Shown piece after piece: positions 52,348 to 62,796 of a stretch of 64,000 nucleotides of DNA. The stretch lies in NCBI GenBank assembly GCA_963676565.1, contig OY781089.1, forward strand, positions 3,040,001 to 3,104,000. Reading direction: 5' to 3'. The DNA is from Halarcobacter sp. Its GTDB lineage: Bacteria > Campylobacterota > Campylobacteria > Campylobacterales > Arcobacteraceae. How positions within the stretch are numbered: position 1 is the first letter of the stretch; the number at the start of each line of letters is the position of its first letter. A program made the position numbers and the translations under genes. The notes below the pieces were generated by a model. That model was given only the letters and a program-made list of their open reading frames with translations, was not told the origin of the DNA and did no database searches.

Positions 52348-53702
52348 TGGAAATTAAAGAGCATATCATAACAAATCCTGAAAAACTTTTAGAAAATCTA
52401 AATGAACTTCACCCAAGTGATATTGCTCACTCTTTGAAAAAAATTGAAAAAGACTCTTCTGAGGATTTTTTCTTTATATTAAAACAAATTCCCGAAGATA
52501 TTTTGGGGGAAGTAATTCTTGAACTTCCTGATTATCTAAGGGAAGATACATATGATGAACTTTCAAGTGAAAAACTTACTGAAATAGTTTATGAACTTGA
52601 ATCAGATGACGCGACTGATATTATCCAAGAACTAGAAGAACACAATGTAGAAAAAGCAAAAGAGGTTTTTGACGGTCTAGAAGATGAAGATAAGCAACAA
52701 ATTGAATGGTTAAGTAGATATGAAGAGGATGAAGCTGGTTCATATATGCAAACGGAGCTATTCTCAGCAAACTTAAATGAGACAATTAAAGAATCCCTTG
52801 ATAGACTAACCCTTGGCAAGGAAGAAGATGAGCTAGTAAATATTCATCAAGTTTATATTGTAGATAATCATAAAAAACTTATTGCTTCTATTTTACTTGA
52901 AGATTTAATCCTTATTGATTTTAAAAAAACCTACCAAGAGGTTTTAGACTCCCATGATGAAAATAGGTTTAAAGCAAACATAGTTCATGATAAAGAACAT
53001 ATCGATGATGTTGCAAAAAAGTTTGAAAAATATGACTTAAATGCTGTTGCTGTTGTTGGGTTTCAAGATATGTTAATGGGAAGAATTACTTCCGATGATA
53101 TTTTAGATGTTATTGAAGAAAATGCAACTGAGCAAATGTACCAATTAGCTGGGGTTGATGATGACTTTGAGCACGATGATAATCTTTATATAACAGCGAA
53201 AAAAAGAGGCTTTTGGCTTTTTTTAAACCTAGGAACTGCTATATTAGCATCCCTTGTAATTGGAATATTTGAAGAGACTTTACAATCATATGTTGCATTA
53301 GCAATTTTAATGCCAATTGTTGCTTCTATGGGAGGAAATGCAGGTACTCAAACCTTAGCCGTAATGGTTAGGCAGTTAGCATTAGGAGATATTGACTTTG
53401 ATAATAGTAAAGATGCTATAAAAAAAGAGGTATTTATCTCAATTGTTAATGGTTTGGTTTTTGCAATAATTATTGGTGGTATTGCTTGGTTTTGGTTTAG
53501 TACTGCAATGCTTGGTGTTGTAATTGCAATATCTATGATAATAAACCTTTTTAGTGCAGGTTTTTTTGGAGCTTCAATACCACTTATTTTGAAAAAATTT
53601 GATATTGACCCAGCTATTGGAAGTACAGTTTTACTTACAACAGTAACTGATATAGTTGGTTTTTTTAGTTTTTTAATGCTTGCAAAGGTTATTTTACTTT
53701 AA
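52347..53702 (+). CDS. mgtE: Magnesium transporter MgtE
   Basis: MgtE_N, CBS pair, MGGNAGTQ and DPA...TTVTD. Confidence 0.95.
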   Translation: MEIKEHIITNPEKLLENLNELHPSDIAHSLKKIEKDSSEDFFFILKQIPEDILGEVILELPDYLREDTYDELSSEKLTEIVYELESDDATDIIQELEEHNVEKAKEVFDGLEDEDKQQIEWLSRYEEDEAGSYMQTELFSANLNETIKESLDRLTLGKEEDELVNIHQVYIVDNHKKLIASILLEDLILIDFKKTYQEVLDSHDENRFKANIVHDKEHIDDVAKKFEKYDLNAVAVVGFQDMLMGRITSDDILDVIEENATEQMYQLAGVDDDFEHDDNLYITAKKRGFWLFLNLGTAILASLVIGIFEETLQSYVALAILMPIVASMGGNAGTQTLAVMVRQLALGDIDFDNSKDAIKKEVFISIVNGLVFAIIIGGIAWFWFSTAMLGVVIAISMIINLFSAGFFGASIPLILKKFDIDPAIGSTVLLTTVTDIVGFFSFLMLAKVILL

Positions 53703-53717
53703 TTAATATACAAGATA

Positions 53718-54773
53718 TTAAAGAGAAATTCTCTCTTTAATATCTAAACCAAAACCATTTATTCCAACAAATTCACCTTTTGTTTTTGTTGTTATTAAAT
53801 TTATCTCTTTTATTCCAAGTAGATTTAAAATTTGTGCACCTATTCCATACTCTCTTATCTCTTTCATTTTTTTAGAACTATTTGAAAGGAATACCAATAC
53901 ACCATTATTTTCTTGAAGATATTTTATACTTTTCATCAAATCTTCATATTTTTCACTTGAAGACAATAATTCAATATCAGACATGATATTATGAAATTTA
54001 ACATTAGTATTACTTTTTAATGTTCCAAAAGAGTAAACATAATGTGCCCTATTTTTATGATCTAAAAATCTATATTTATTTGCATTTTGCCCCAAAAAAG
54101 TCTCCATAGAATTATCTGTTATTTTAACTAATGACTCATTCATCATTCTATACTCTACAATATCTGAAATATAAACAATATTTAAATCATGCTCTTGGCA
54201 AAAGATATCCAAATCAGGTCGTCTTGCCATAGTTCCATCTTCTTTCATTATTTCACAAATTACAGAAGAACTTTGTATTCCTGCTAGATGACAAAGGTCT
54301 GTTGAACCTTCTGTATGACCTGTTCTAACTAGTACACCACCCTCTTTTGCAATAAGAGGAAAAATATGTCCAGGTCTAACTAAATCATCTTTTTTAGAAT
54401 ACTGATTAGAAAGAATTTTAATAGTCATATCTCTTTCATTTGCTGAAATACCTGTTACTGCATCTTTAGCATCAACGGAGATTGTAAAGGCAGTTTCATA
54501 AGAAGAATCGTTGTTTTTTACCATTGGAGCTAAATCTAATCTTTGTGCAATCTCTTTAGATAAGGCAACACAAATCAAACCCTTTGCATAGCTTGCCATG
54601 AAATTAACTTTTTGGGGAGTTGATGAATTTGCTGCGTAAACTAAGTCACCCTCATTTTCTCTATCTTCATCATCAACCATAACAACCATTTTCCCTTGTT
54701 TAATATCTTCTATTGCTTGGAATACTCTATTTATTGCTTCTATTGATTTGTTTTCATTTATTGTTGCATTCAT
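53718..54773 (-). CDS. ribB: DHBP synthase with degenerate GTP cyclohydrolase II-like C-terminus (RibBX-like)
   Basis: DDEDRENEGD and RTGHTEG; the C-domain lacks the GCH II zinc cysteines but keeps YGIGAQIL. Confidence 0.9.
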   Translation of the reverse strand: MNATINENKSIEAINRVFQAIEDIKQGKMVVMVDDEDRENEGDLVYAANSSTPQKVNFMASYAKGLICVALSKEIAQRLDLAPMVKNNDSSYETAFTISVDAKDAVTGISANERDMTIKILSNQYSKKDDLVRPGHIFPLIAKEGGVLVRTGHTEGSTDLCHLAGIQSSSVICEIMKEDGTMARRPDLDIFCQEHDLNIVYISDIVEYRMMNESLVKITDNSMETFLGQNANKYRFLDHKNRAHYVYSFGTLKSNTNVKFHNIMSDIELLSSSEKYEDLMKSIKYLQENNGVLVFLSNSSKKMKEIREYGIGAQILNLLGIKEINLITTKTKGEFVGINGFGLDIKERISL

Positions 54774-54783
54774 CTTCTATCCT

Positions 54784-55347
54784 TTAAATCATATGCCCCA
54801 TAGATTCTTTTTTTGTTCTTAAATAATCTTCATTAAATTTATTTGAAGGCATTATTATTGGCCATCTTTTTACTATCTCTACACCTTCAAGTGATTCTAT
54901 TTTTTTTGGGTTATTTGTAAGAAGGTGAATTTTTTTAATATCAAAATATTCTAAGATATAATTTACTATTTCATAATTTCTCTCATCTTCTTGAAACCCC
55001 AATTGATGATTAGCTTCGATTGTATCTAATCCCTTATCTTGCAGTGCATAAGCATTTACTTTATTAAAAAGGCCAATATTTCTACCCTCTTGTCTTAAAT
55101 AAATCACCATACCACCTGAATCACCTATATTTGCCAAAGCATATTCCAATTGTTCGCCACAATCACATTTTAATGACCCTAGTGAATCTCCTGTTAAACA
55201 CTCACTATGTATTCTAATCAATGGAATATCACCCAATGGTTCTTTAAAGATTACTAGATGTTCTTTTATTCCCTCTTGGAAAGATTGTATTTTAAACTCC
55301 CCAAACTTTGTAGGTAAATTTGCTACATTTGATATATGTATTCTCAT
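54784..55347 (-). CDS. ribA: GTP cyclohydrolase II
   Basis: [22 protein letters not shown] and TNNP motifs. Confidence 0.96.
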   Translation of the reverse strand: MRIHISNVANLPTKFGEFKIQSFQEGIKEHLVIFKEPLGDIPLIRIHSECLTGDSLGSLKCDCGEQLEYALANIGDSGGMVIYLRQEGRNIGLFNKVNAYALQDKGLDTIEANHQLGFQEDERNYEIVNYILEYFDIKKIHLLTNNPKKIESLEGVEIVKRWPIIMPSNKFNEDYLRTKKESMGHMI

Positions 55348-55432
55348 AACCTATCCTTTATCCTACTTTTTAAAAAAGCTTCAAAAAACTCTTTTAAAAA
55401 GTAGGTTCTGCAAAAAATGCAGAACCATTTTT

Positions 55433-56755
55433 TTAAAATTTATATGTTAAATATAACTTAGCAATATTCATGGTGTCATCATTTCCAGTTGCATTGCTAT
55501 CATCTAAATCAACGTGAGCTAATTGTAATCTTGCAGATAAGTCTTTTGTGATTTTATATCTTAAGTCTGCTTGGATTTCAGATGCTCCATCCATATCTAC
55601 TCCTGATACTACTTGACCCTTATCACTTTGAGAATATCTTGAATATGCAAATAGTGTAAATACTCCAGGGATTAACTTAGGAATAACCATAGCTGAAATA
55701 GAGCTTTGACCTGCATAAATATTATCAGTAAACATTTGTCCACCATTATATTTAAAAAAATGTGGTGTATGCCCTAATGCTCCTAAGAAAGAGTTATCAT
55801 CAGATACTTTTGTGTAAGCTAATTTAAATGCTGTATCAAATACTTTACCACCTAGTTTTACACCATACAATGTTGTTTCACCTTTTCCACCATTTGTTGT
55901 TTCATTTGTTGCTCCAATTGCTACATCACCATCATAATCTGTTCCTGCATAATATGCTCCAATTGATAAAGGCATATCTACTGGTAATTTATAATCACCT
56001 TGTACAAAATATGTAGAATATGAATCATTTGTTGCTCTTGGTGCATTTCTTGGATTTCCTATATCATCTCTAACTGCTAAATATTGACCTTCTAATGTTA
56101 AATTTGGAATAGAAGTATTTTTTATATATAAAGATAGAGTTGGATCATCAAAAGTTGTTACATGAGATAATCCATTTGATGCAAATTCACTTGAAGCTCT
56201 ATATCTTTCAATCCATTTTTTAATTCCATAAAATCTTATTTCAGTATTACTAAGATCTTTTGAAACAACAGATAAAGCTTCAAATGTATCTTTCATAGGG
56301 TTTGCATTTGAAACTGCAATTAAAGGAGTAACAATACCTTGTCTACCAACTTTAAATTCAGTTTGTGCAATATTATATTGTAAGTTTGCAATATATAACA
56401 TAGAACCATCAGCAGTAATTCTTCCATCATTTTCTGTAGCAAAACCATTTGGTCCACTTGAAACTACTCCGCTATCATTTTCTATATTAAAACTATGCCC
56501 ATGTTGGAAACCAACATTTACTTTAAATCCATAATAAGCTCCAGTTGAATAGTTTAATTGTAAAGCTACAGCTGAAGAGTTTGCATTTCTAAATGGTCCA
56601 ACTAATGTAGAATCAACATTTGAAGCCATTTCTGTAAAAAGTCTAACCTCCCCTGAAACCTTACCATTAGTTAAAGCTTCAGCTAATGAATCACTTGCAA
56701 AAATTTGTGAATTTAATGCAAGGATAGCCATTAAAGACAACGTTCTTAATTTCAT
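55433..56755 (-). CDS. Outer membrane porin (OprD/Campylobacterota MOMP-like)
   Basis: Signal peptide, SLAEAL..GKVSGE, KVGRQ...TPL, amphipathic strands and C-terminal YKF. Confidence 0.82.
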   Translation of the reverse strand: MKLRTLSLMAILALNSQIFASDSLAEALTNGKVSGEVRLFTEMASNVDSTLVGPFRNANSSAVALQLNYSTGAYYGFKVNVGFQHGHSFNIENDSGVVSSGPNGFATENDGRITADGSMLYIANLQYNIAQTEFKVGRQGIVTPLIAVSNANPMKDTFEALSVVSKDLSNTEIRFYGIKKWIERYRASSEFASNGLSHVTTFDDPTLSLYIKNTSIPNLTLEGQYLAVRDDIGNPRNAPRATNDSYSTYFVQGDYKLPVDMPLSIGAYYAGTDYDGDVAIGATNETTNGGKGETTLYGVKLGGKVFDTAFKLAYTKVSDDNSFLGALGHTPHFFKYNGGQMFTDNIYAGQSSISAMVIPKLIPGVFTLFAYSRYSQSDKGQVVSGVDMDGASEIQADLRYKITKDLSARLQLAHVDLDDSNATGNDDTMNIAKLYLTYKF

Positions 56756-56850
56756 TTTTTATCCTTATGCAATTAAAAACTTAGTTATTTAAAAAGTTAT
56801 TATATTATGCGAATACTTCAAACACTAAGTTTAATAAAAAAAGGTATTTT

Positions 56851-57507
56851 CTAGTATTTTACTAGTTGATACCCTTCGCCTTTTTTTGTTTGTATTAAAT
56901 CAATTGGAAGTTTATGTCTCAACTCCCTAATAATTGATCTAATTCTTTCATGGGGAACAATCTCATTTTGATAAACATAATAAATTATTTCATCAAAAGT
57001 AACAATAGTAGGAGATTTAATAAAAAGGATTTTCAACATCATTGCTTCTTTTCTACCTAAATGAATCCTTTCTTCATGATGAACAAATATTGATTTTTTA
57101 AAATCATAAAAAGTATCATGGTTTATGAAAAAAACATCATCATTCCATAAATTACATAATTTATAAATTCTAAAAACTATCTCTTCTGGAAAAAAATCTT
57201 TAACTATTACATCATTATAAGAAAGGTAATAAATCACTTTAAACATTCGAGGTCGAATATCTTTTTCACAAATGAGAAGTATTGGAGCATCATTTCCATT
57301 TTCTCTAATAAATCTCATTATGTTAATATTTAATGGCTCTTTTAAATTCAAAACAAAGATTGAACACTCTTCTAAAAAAGCAACATCATCATAAACTTCT
57401 ACCTCTTTATGTATAACTTTTGCTTCAAGGGTAACTCTTGTCGCATCTATACATTCGACAATCGCATTAGCAAGTTTTTTATCTGGTTCGAGAAGAAGCA
57501 TTTTCAT
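56851..57507 (-). CDS. OmpR-like response regulator with atypical receiver domain
   Basis: C-terminal winged helix (IRELRHKL..DLIQTKKGEGY); expected phosphoacceptor Asp position reads VLNL. Confidence 0.78.
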   Translation of the reverse strand: MKMLLLEPDKKLANAIVECIDATRVTLEAKVIHKEVEVYDDVAFLEECSIFVLNLKEPLNINIMRFIRENGNDAPILLICEKDIRPRMFKVIYYLSYNDVIVKDFFPEEIVFRIYKLCNLWNDDVFFINHDTFYDFKKSIFVHHEERIHLGRKEAMMLKILFIKSPTIVTFDEIIYYVYQNEIVPHERIRSIIRELRHKLPIDLIQTKKGEGYQLVKY

Positions 57508-57509
57508 AT

Positions 57510-58124
57510 TTATTTCCTATCTAATTTCTCATCAAGTAGTTTTTCTAGCTCTTTTCTTTCTTTTTCTAATTTGCCTTCATAATATTCATACTCAGGTTTA
57601 TAGTAGTTAAGAGCACTTCTTAATCCTGTGTGACCAATTTCTACGTGACATGAGGCACAACTAATCTCTTTATTTGTTCCAATTAAGCTATCATAGTGTT
57701 TGTGTAGTTTCTGTGCCATTTTACTATATTTTTCATTTGAATTATATGTTGTATGACAGCTGATACATCCTTCATCGTAAACAAAATGAGCTCTTTTTTC
57801 TCTATTTTTTTGCCAATCAATTTTTTCTGGTTCACCAAAAAAATGAATAACTCCTTCTAATACACCATTTCTAGCTTTTGTATAGATATAAGCAGCCAAA
57901 GAATCATGTGGTAAGTGACACTCTACACATTTAACTTTAATACCAGTATGACCTGCTCCACCATGCACATCATTTTGATAAGCAGCAACCATAGGATCCA
58001 TCTCATGACATACTGAACAAAACTTATCATTACTTGTTCTATGTAAACCTTCATAAGTAGCAAGAGCAATAAGTAAACCAACAAATACACCAATAAAACC
58101 AAATAAAACTATATTCTTTTTCAT
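57510..58124 (-). CDS. NapC/NirT family tetraheme quinol dehydrogenase (FccC-like)
   Basis: N-terminal TM; CSVCH, CVECH, CISCH, CASCH; ATG 58124 overlaps the upstream TGA. Confidence 0.92.
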   Translation of the reverse strand: MKKNIVLFGFIGVFVGLLIALATYEGLHRTSNDKFCSVCHEMDPMVAAYQNDVHGGAGHTGIKVKCVECHLPHDSLAAYIYTKARNGVLEGVIHFFGEPEKIDWQKNREKRAHFVYDEGCISCHTTYNSNEKYSKMAQKLHKHYDSLIGTNKEISCASCHVEIGHTGLRSALNYYKPEYEYYEGKLEKERKELEKLLDEKLDRK

Positions 58125-58561
58125 GGTGTATCCTTCATCCAAAGTTTAATATCATGTTCATGACACTCAATACACATATTTCTAGATGGTTCGTGTTCCA
58201 TATGACACTCATCACAAAATAAAACAGGTCCATCATGAATAGAATTATGAGGATTTACATGAAGTATATTCATAAACTCTAACCTTTTTGCCATAAACTC
58301 TTTTGATTTATGACATGACAGACATCCTTCATCTCCTGGAGCAGAGAATTGTTTTGGATCATCTCCTTGCCCCTCATGACAAAATACACATTCAAATGAT
58401 AATTCTGCATGATGAGATTTGACGGGGAACTCTTTTTTTACTTCCTCTGAAACAACAACTTTCTTTTCAGGAGGCGCTTGTTTAGCACCTCCATATAATA
58501 ATATTGCACTTAAAGATAAAAGAGTTCCAATAACTAAAACATCTTTAATTCTTTTTTTCAT
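58121..58561 (-). CDS. Periplasmic tetraheme cytochrome c (FccB-like)
   Basis: CVFCH, CLSCH, CDECH and CIECH heme motifs. Confidence 0.9.
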   Translation of the reverse strand: MKKRIKDVLVIGTLLSLSAILLYGGAKQAPPEKKVVVSEEVKKEFPVKSHHAELSFECVFCHEGQGDDPKQFSAPGDEGCLSCHKSKEFMAKRLEFMNILHVNPHNSIHDGPVLFCDECHMEHEPSRNMCIECHEHDIKLWMKDTP

Positions 58562-58563
58562 GA

Positions 58564-60120
58564 CTATATATTTTCTCCAGCTATCATACCAAATGTTAAG
58601 CAGTCTGTAACTGCAACTGTACCAAGTCTACTTGCACCATGAGTACCACCAGTAACCTCACCTGCTGCATATAATCCAGGAATTGGTTCATGTGTTTCAG
58701 ATGAAATAACTTGTGCCTTAGTATTGATTTTCAATCCACCCATAGTATGGTGTGGTTTTGGCATAAGTCTAACTGCATAATAAGGACCTTTATCTTCAAC
58801 TCCTTGACCATTAAATGCTTTAACAGGTTTACCAAACTCATCAACACCTTTTTTAACACCATCATTATATTTTTTAATACTTTCTTTTAATGGTTTTAAT
58901 GGGATACCATAAGCTTTAGCCAACTCATCTAAAGTTTCATATTTTTTCATAACTTCAGATTGAAGTGCTTTTTCTAATAATGGGATTAATTGTTCAGAGA
59001 ATGTATTATATGTACCAAGAGCAACAGGATAAGCATCAGCTTTTTCATGTAAAATAACATATTCAGCATCAGCTCGTGTTTTTCTATCAGCAAGCTCATT
59101 CATAAATCTTTTACCATTTCTAACATCTACAGCCATACCATATTTAAATAAACCTTGTTGAGTCATAAGTGGGGCAATTCCAAATCCTCTCTCATCAGGG
59201 CTTGCCCATGGTCCTTGTTGAATCCATCCAATATGAATTGGCATAGCACCAATTTTAAATGCTTCTAATAAAGCTCCTGCAGTTGCACCTTTGTGGTTTG
59301 TTGCATCTTGATCAACACCTAATCTTGGATCTTGAAGTTTTCTATAATATTTATCTGCAGCAAAACCACCAGCAGCTAAAACAACACCTTTTTTAGCACC
59401 ATATGCAATAGGAGTACCAGTTTTATTATCTTTATCATCACTTAATAATTTGTCATCAAATCTATATCCAGTTCTTGCTGTAATACCTACAACCCTTCCA
59501 TTATCATCTAAAACAAATTGATCAAATTTAGTACGTCTAACTATTTTACAACCAGGAAGATTTTGTACGAATTTAGTCATTGGTTTAATTACACCTGAAC
59601 CACTCATATTTTCAGTAACAATAGTTCTAGCAACTGAGTGTCCACCAAACCATGCAGGTTTAACATCTTGCCATTTAGCTCCACATTCAACTGAGAAGTT
59701 AAATGCATCGAATGCCCTATTTGCAATTGTTTCAAGTAGTTCAACATGATTAATTCCAAGACCAGCTTTTAGACAATCTTTGATAAATAACTCATTAGAA
59801 TCTTTGATTCCATGCTTTTTTTGTAGATGGTTATTTGGTACAGCCATACCACCACCATTAATAACAGAGTTACCACCAATTCTACCCATTTTTTCAACGA
59901 TTAATACAGATAATCCTCTTTGAGCAGCTTTAGCAGCAGCAGCTAATCCAGCAAACCCTGTTCCTATAACTATTACATCATATGTTTCATCAAATTTAAC
60001 ATCTTTTGCTTTAGGTGTTTCAGATGCCATTGCATTTACTCCACCAAACATTGCTAAACCTGCAGCACCTAATGCACCCATTCTTAAAGCTTGTCTTCTT
60101 GAAATGTTTTCAGTTTTCAT
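58564..60120 (-). CDS. Tat-exported flavocytochrome c flavoprotein subunit (FccA/methacrylate reductase-like)
   Basis: SRRQAL Tat motif, GTGFAG, HHTMGG and HGASRLG. Confidence 0.9.
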   Translation of the reverse strand: MKTENISRRQALRMGALGAAGLAMFGGVNAMASETPKAKDVKFDETYDVIVIGTGFAGLAAAAKAAQRGLSVLIVEKMGRIGGNSVINGGGMAVPNNHLQKKHGIKDSNELFIKDCLKAGLGINHVELLETIANRAFDAFNFSVECGAKWQDVKPAWFGGHSVARTIVTENMSGSGVIKPMTKFVQNLPGCKIVRRTKFDQFVLDDNGRVVGITARTGYRFDDKLLSDDKDNKTGTPIAYGAKKGVVLAAGGFAADKYYRKLQDPRLGVDQDATNHKGATAGALLEAFKIGAMPIHIGWIQQGPWASPDERGFGIAPLMTQQGLFKYGMAVDVRNGKRFMNELADRKTRADAEYVILHEKADAYPVALGTYNTFSEQLIPLLEKALQSEVMKKYETLDELAKAYGIPLKPLKESIKKYNDGVKKGVDEFGKPVKAFNGQGVEDKGPYYAVRLMPKPHHTMGGLKINTKAQVISSETHEPIPGLYAAGEVTGGTHGASRLGTVAVTDCLTFGMIAGENI

Positions 60121-60189
60121 TTCTCTCTCCTTTAAATTTAATTTAAAAAACTAGTTGTTTTTTTTAAACTTAATGAAATTTTAACAATC

Positions 60190-60211
60190 TTTTGTGAGAT
60201 TTTTTGTGAGA
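60190..60211. promoter_or_regulatory. Direct repeat TTTTGTGAGA x2 upstream of the flavocytochrome gene
   Basis: Exact 10-mers at 60190-60199 and 60202-60211. Confidence 0.5.
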
Positions 60212-60299
60212 AATGAATAAGTATTCATTTATTTGGTTATTTTTTTGTTAGATTATTCTGCTAGGAATTTTTTATATATAGAATCTCTATATGTTAAGA

Positions 60300-61781
60300 T
60301 TATTTTGTTGAATAAGTTAAAAAGTTTTCAACAAAATAAACTTTACATTTAATAGAGTAATTATCATAAAGTTTTACTTCTATTTCTTTTATAAATTTTA
60401 CATTTTCAAACTCACCATCCTTAAACTGGGGCTTATCTGTTCTTGTAATATAAAGAAATTTTCCTTTTAGTGGTTTATTATCAATATTATTAAACATATG
60501 ATAGTGATTTGTAACTACACCTTCTGGGTTATAAATTAAAGAATCAAAAGGATGCGGTTTCATATAAAATATCATCTCAGACATAATCTTTCTATCTTCA
60601 AATATCAATCTATAATTGTATTTTTTTCTTATATTGTCTAAGTTTTTTGCAACTTGTTCCCACCCACTAATTCTCTTATAAGGATCATTTTTCTTTGTTA
60701 ATTCCACACCAAAGGTATTCATTATTGGATGATAAAAGTATAATATTAAAGCTAATAATATATTTAAAGCTAAAGAGATTTTAACAAGTTTAATCTTTCC
60801 ATTCTTTATTAAAAAGGCAACAACTAATATAGTCCCAGCAACATAAACAGGAGCACTCCAATTTGCAAAGGCACGAGAGAGTAAACTAAGTGTTGTAATA
60901 AATAAAAAATATGGAATTACAAAAAGATATAAAAACTTTAAGGATTTATCTGAAAATATTGTTTTAAATTTAAACAATAAAAACAACATAACAGGGAATA
61001 AAACTAAGCCAAAAACACCTAATTGCGATCCTAAGAACTCAAGCATCTTATCAAAATGGAAAAGATCTTTTTCAACTTGAGATATCTCTTTTGTATGAGC
61101 AAAACTTATAAAGTCATGGGTAAATTGCCAATAAAGATTTGGTATAAAAACAATAAATGCAACTACAATTGAGATATAAAAATCTATCTTTTTAAAAACC
61201 TTTCTATAGTTTTTATCTAAAATTAAAACTAGCATTGCTGAGACTAGGAAAAATACCATATTGTATTTACTTAGCATCCCACAACCCGCAAAAAAACCAG
61301 CTAATAACCAATATTTTCTTTGTTCTTCATCTATTGCTTTTAGGAAGAAATAGATTGATAAAGACCAAAATAACAGTAATACAACATCTGTTGATATTAT
61401 AATTGATGACATAGATATGGCTGGAAGAGTAAGAAAAGATAATGCACTATAAAAGGCTATTTTATTATCATTAAAAAGCCTTATTGTAATTAAATATATA
61501 ATAGAAGAGGTTAAAGGGTATACAAATATTGAGCCTATTTTTGTAGCTATCTCTCCATCACCAAATATTGATGTTGTAATCATTATGAGCCAAGCTATCA
61601 TTGGAGGCTTTGAGAAATACCCTAATTCAAAACTTTGAGCCCACCCCCAATAATAAACCTCATCAATATATAAACCATAATCTTTCATTAAGAAATATAA
61701 AACACCAAGTCTAAAAAGTTGAATAAAAATAGCTATTATTAAAAAGTTTTTTAAAGAATAAAAATTTGTAGTATTTGTCAT
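60300..61781 (-). CDS. ArnT/PMT-like GT-C membrane glycosyltransferase
   Basis: DEVYY, GYFSKPPMIAW, LSKY and many TMs. Confidence 0.87.
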   Translation of the reverse strand: MTNTTNFYSLKNFLIIAIFIQLFRLGVLYFLMKDYGLYIDEVYYWGWAQSFELGYFSKPPMIAWLIMITTSIFGDGEIATKIGSIFVYPLTSSIIYLITIRLFNDNKIAFYSALSFLTLPAISMSSIIISTDVVLLLFWSLSIYFFLKAIDEEQRKYWLLAGFFAGCGMLSKYNMVFFLVSAMLVLILDKNYRKVFKKIDFYISIVVAFIVFIPNLYWQFTHDFISFAHTKEISQVEKDLFHFDKMLEFLGSQLGVFGLVLFPVMLFLLFKFKTIFSDKSLKFLYLFVIPYFLFITTLSLLSRAFANWSAPVYVAGTILVVAFLIKNGKIKLVKISLALNILLALILYFYHPIMNTFGVELTKKNDPYKRISGWEQVAKNLDNIRKKYNYRLIFEDRKIMSEMIFYMKPHPFDSLIYNPEGVVTNHYHMFNNIDNKPLKGKFLYITRTDKPQFKDGEFENVKFIKEIEVKLYDNYSIKCKVYFVENFLTYSTK

Positions 61782-61860
61782 TGTTTCGCTTTAATATGAA
61801 ATGGCGATATTTTATCGATTTTTTACTATAATTGCCATAAAATTTACCCAAAGGCGTTTA

Positions 61861-62796
61861 ATGAAACTCTCAGTAGTAATACCTGTAATGGATGAAGAAG
61901 ACAATATCCAACCACTTATTGAACAAGTTGATGTTGCTTTAAAAGATATTGAATATGAATTAATTTTAGTTGATGATGGTTCTTCAGATAGAACAATAGA
62001 ATTGATTGAAAAATATGCACTAAAAAATACTAAACTTTTAGAGTTTAATAGAAATTATGGACAAACAACTGCAATGGCTGCTGGTATTGATGAAGCAAAA
62101 GGTGAACTGATAGTAACTTTAGATGGAGACTTACAAAATGACCCATCAGATATTCCAATGATGATAGAACTACTTGAAAATGGTGGGTATGATGTAGTTG
62201 CAGGGATTAGAGCAAAAAGAAAAGATGGGATGTTTTTAAGAAAAATTCCAAGTAAAATTGCAAACTGGCTAATTAGAAAATGGACTGGAGTTTATCTAAG
62301 TGATTATGGATGTACATTAAAAGTATTTAAAAATGATGTAGCAAAAAACCTTGGACTATATGGAGAACTTCATAGATTTATCCCTGTTTTAGCAAAACTT
62401 TATGGTGCAAAGATGACTGAAATTGATGTGAAGCACCATGCAAGGATCCATGGGGAATCTAAATATGGGATAGGAAGAACTTTTAAAGTATTTAGTGACC
62501 TTTTACTAATGGTGTTTTTCCAAAAATACAATACAAAACCCATGCATCTTTTTGGAACATTAGGTGGTATCTCTTTTGCTGTTGGTATGATTATAAATTT
62601 CTATTTATTTATAATCAAACTTTTAGGGGAAGATATTGGTACAAGACCATTATTTACTGTAGGAGTTACATTATCTTTAATTGGTGTTCAATTAATTACA
62701 ACAGGTTTCCTTGCAGAGATTTTAATGAGAACATATTATGAGTCGCAAAATAAAAAACCATATGTAATCAAACGTAGATTTGAAAAAGAAGACTAA
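61861..62796 (+). CDS. GT2 polyprenol-phosphate glycosyltransferase (ArnC/GtrB-like)
   Basis: VDDGSSD, NYGQTTA, DGDLQNDP and two C-terminal TMs; start set at ATG 61861. Confidence 0.9.
   Translation: MKLSVVIPVMDEEDNIQPLIEQVDVALKDIEYELILVDDGSSDRTIELIEKYALKNTKLLEFNRNYGQTTAMAAGIDEAKGELIVTLDGDLQNDPSDIPMMIELLENGGYDVVAGIRAKRKDGMFLRKIPSKIANWLIRKWTGVYLSDYGCTLKVFKNDVAKNLGLYGELHRFIPVLAKLYGAKMTEIDVKHHARIHGESKYGIGRTFKVFSDLLLMVFFQKYNTKPMHLFGTLGGISFAVGMIINFYLFIIKLLGEDIGTRPLFTVGVTLSLIGVQLITTGFLAEILMRTYYESQNKKPYVIKRRFEKED

Noticed and set aside
55348..55432. FMN riboswitch before ribA
   Set aside because: Too short and lacks the conserved RFN sequence blocks; the hairpins are reported separately.
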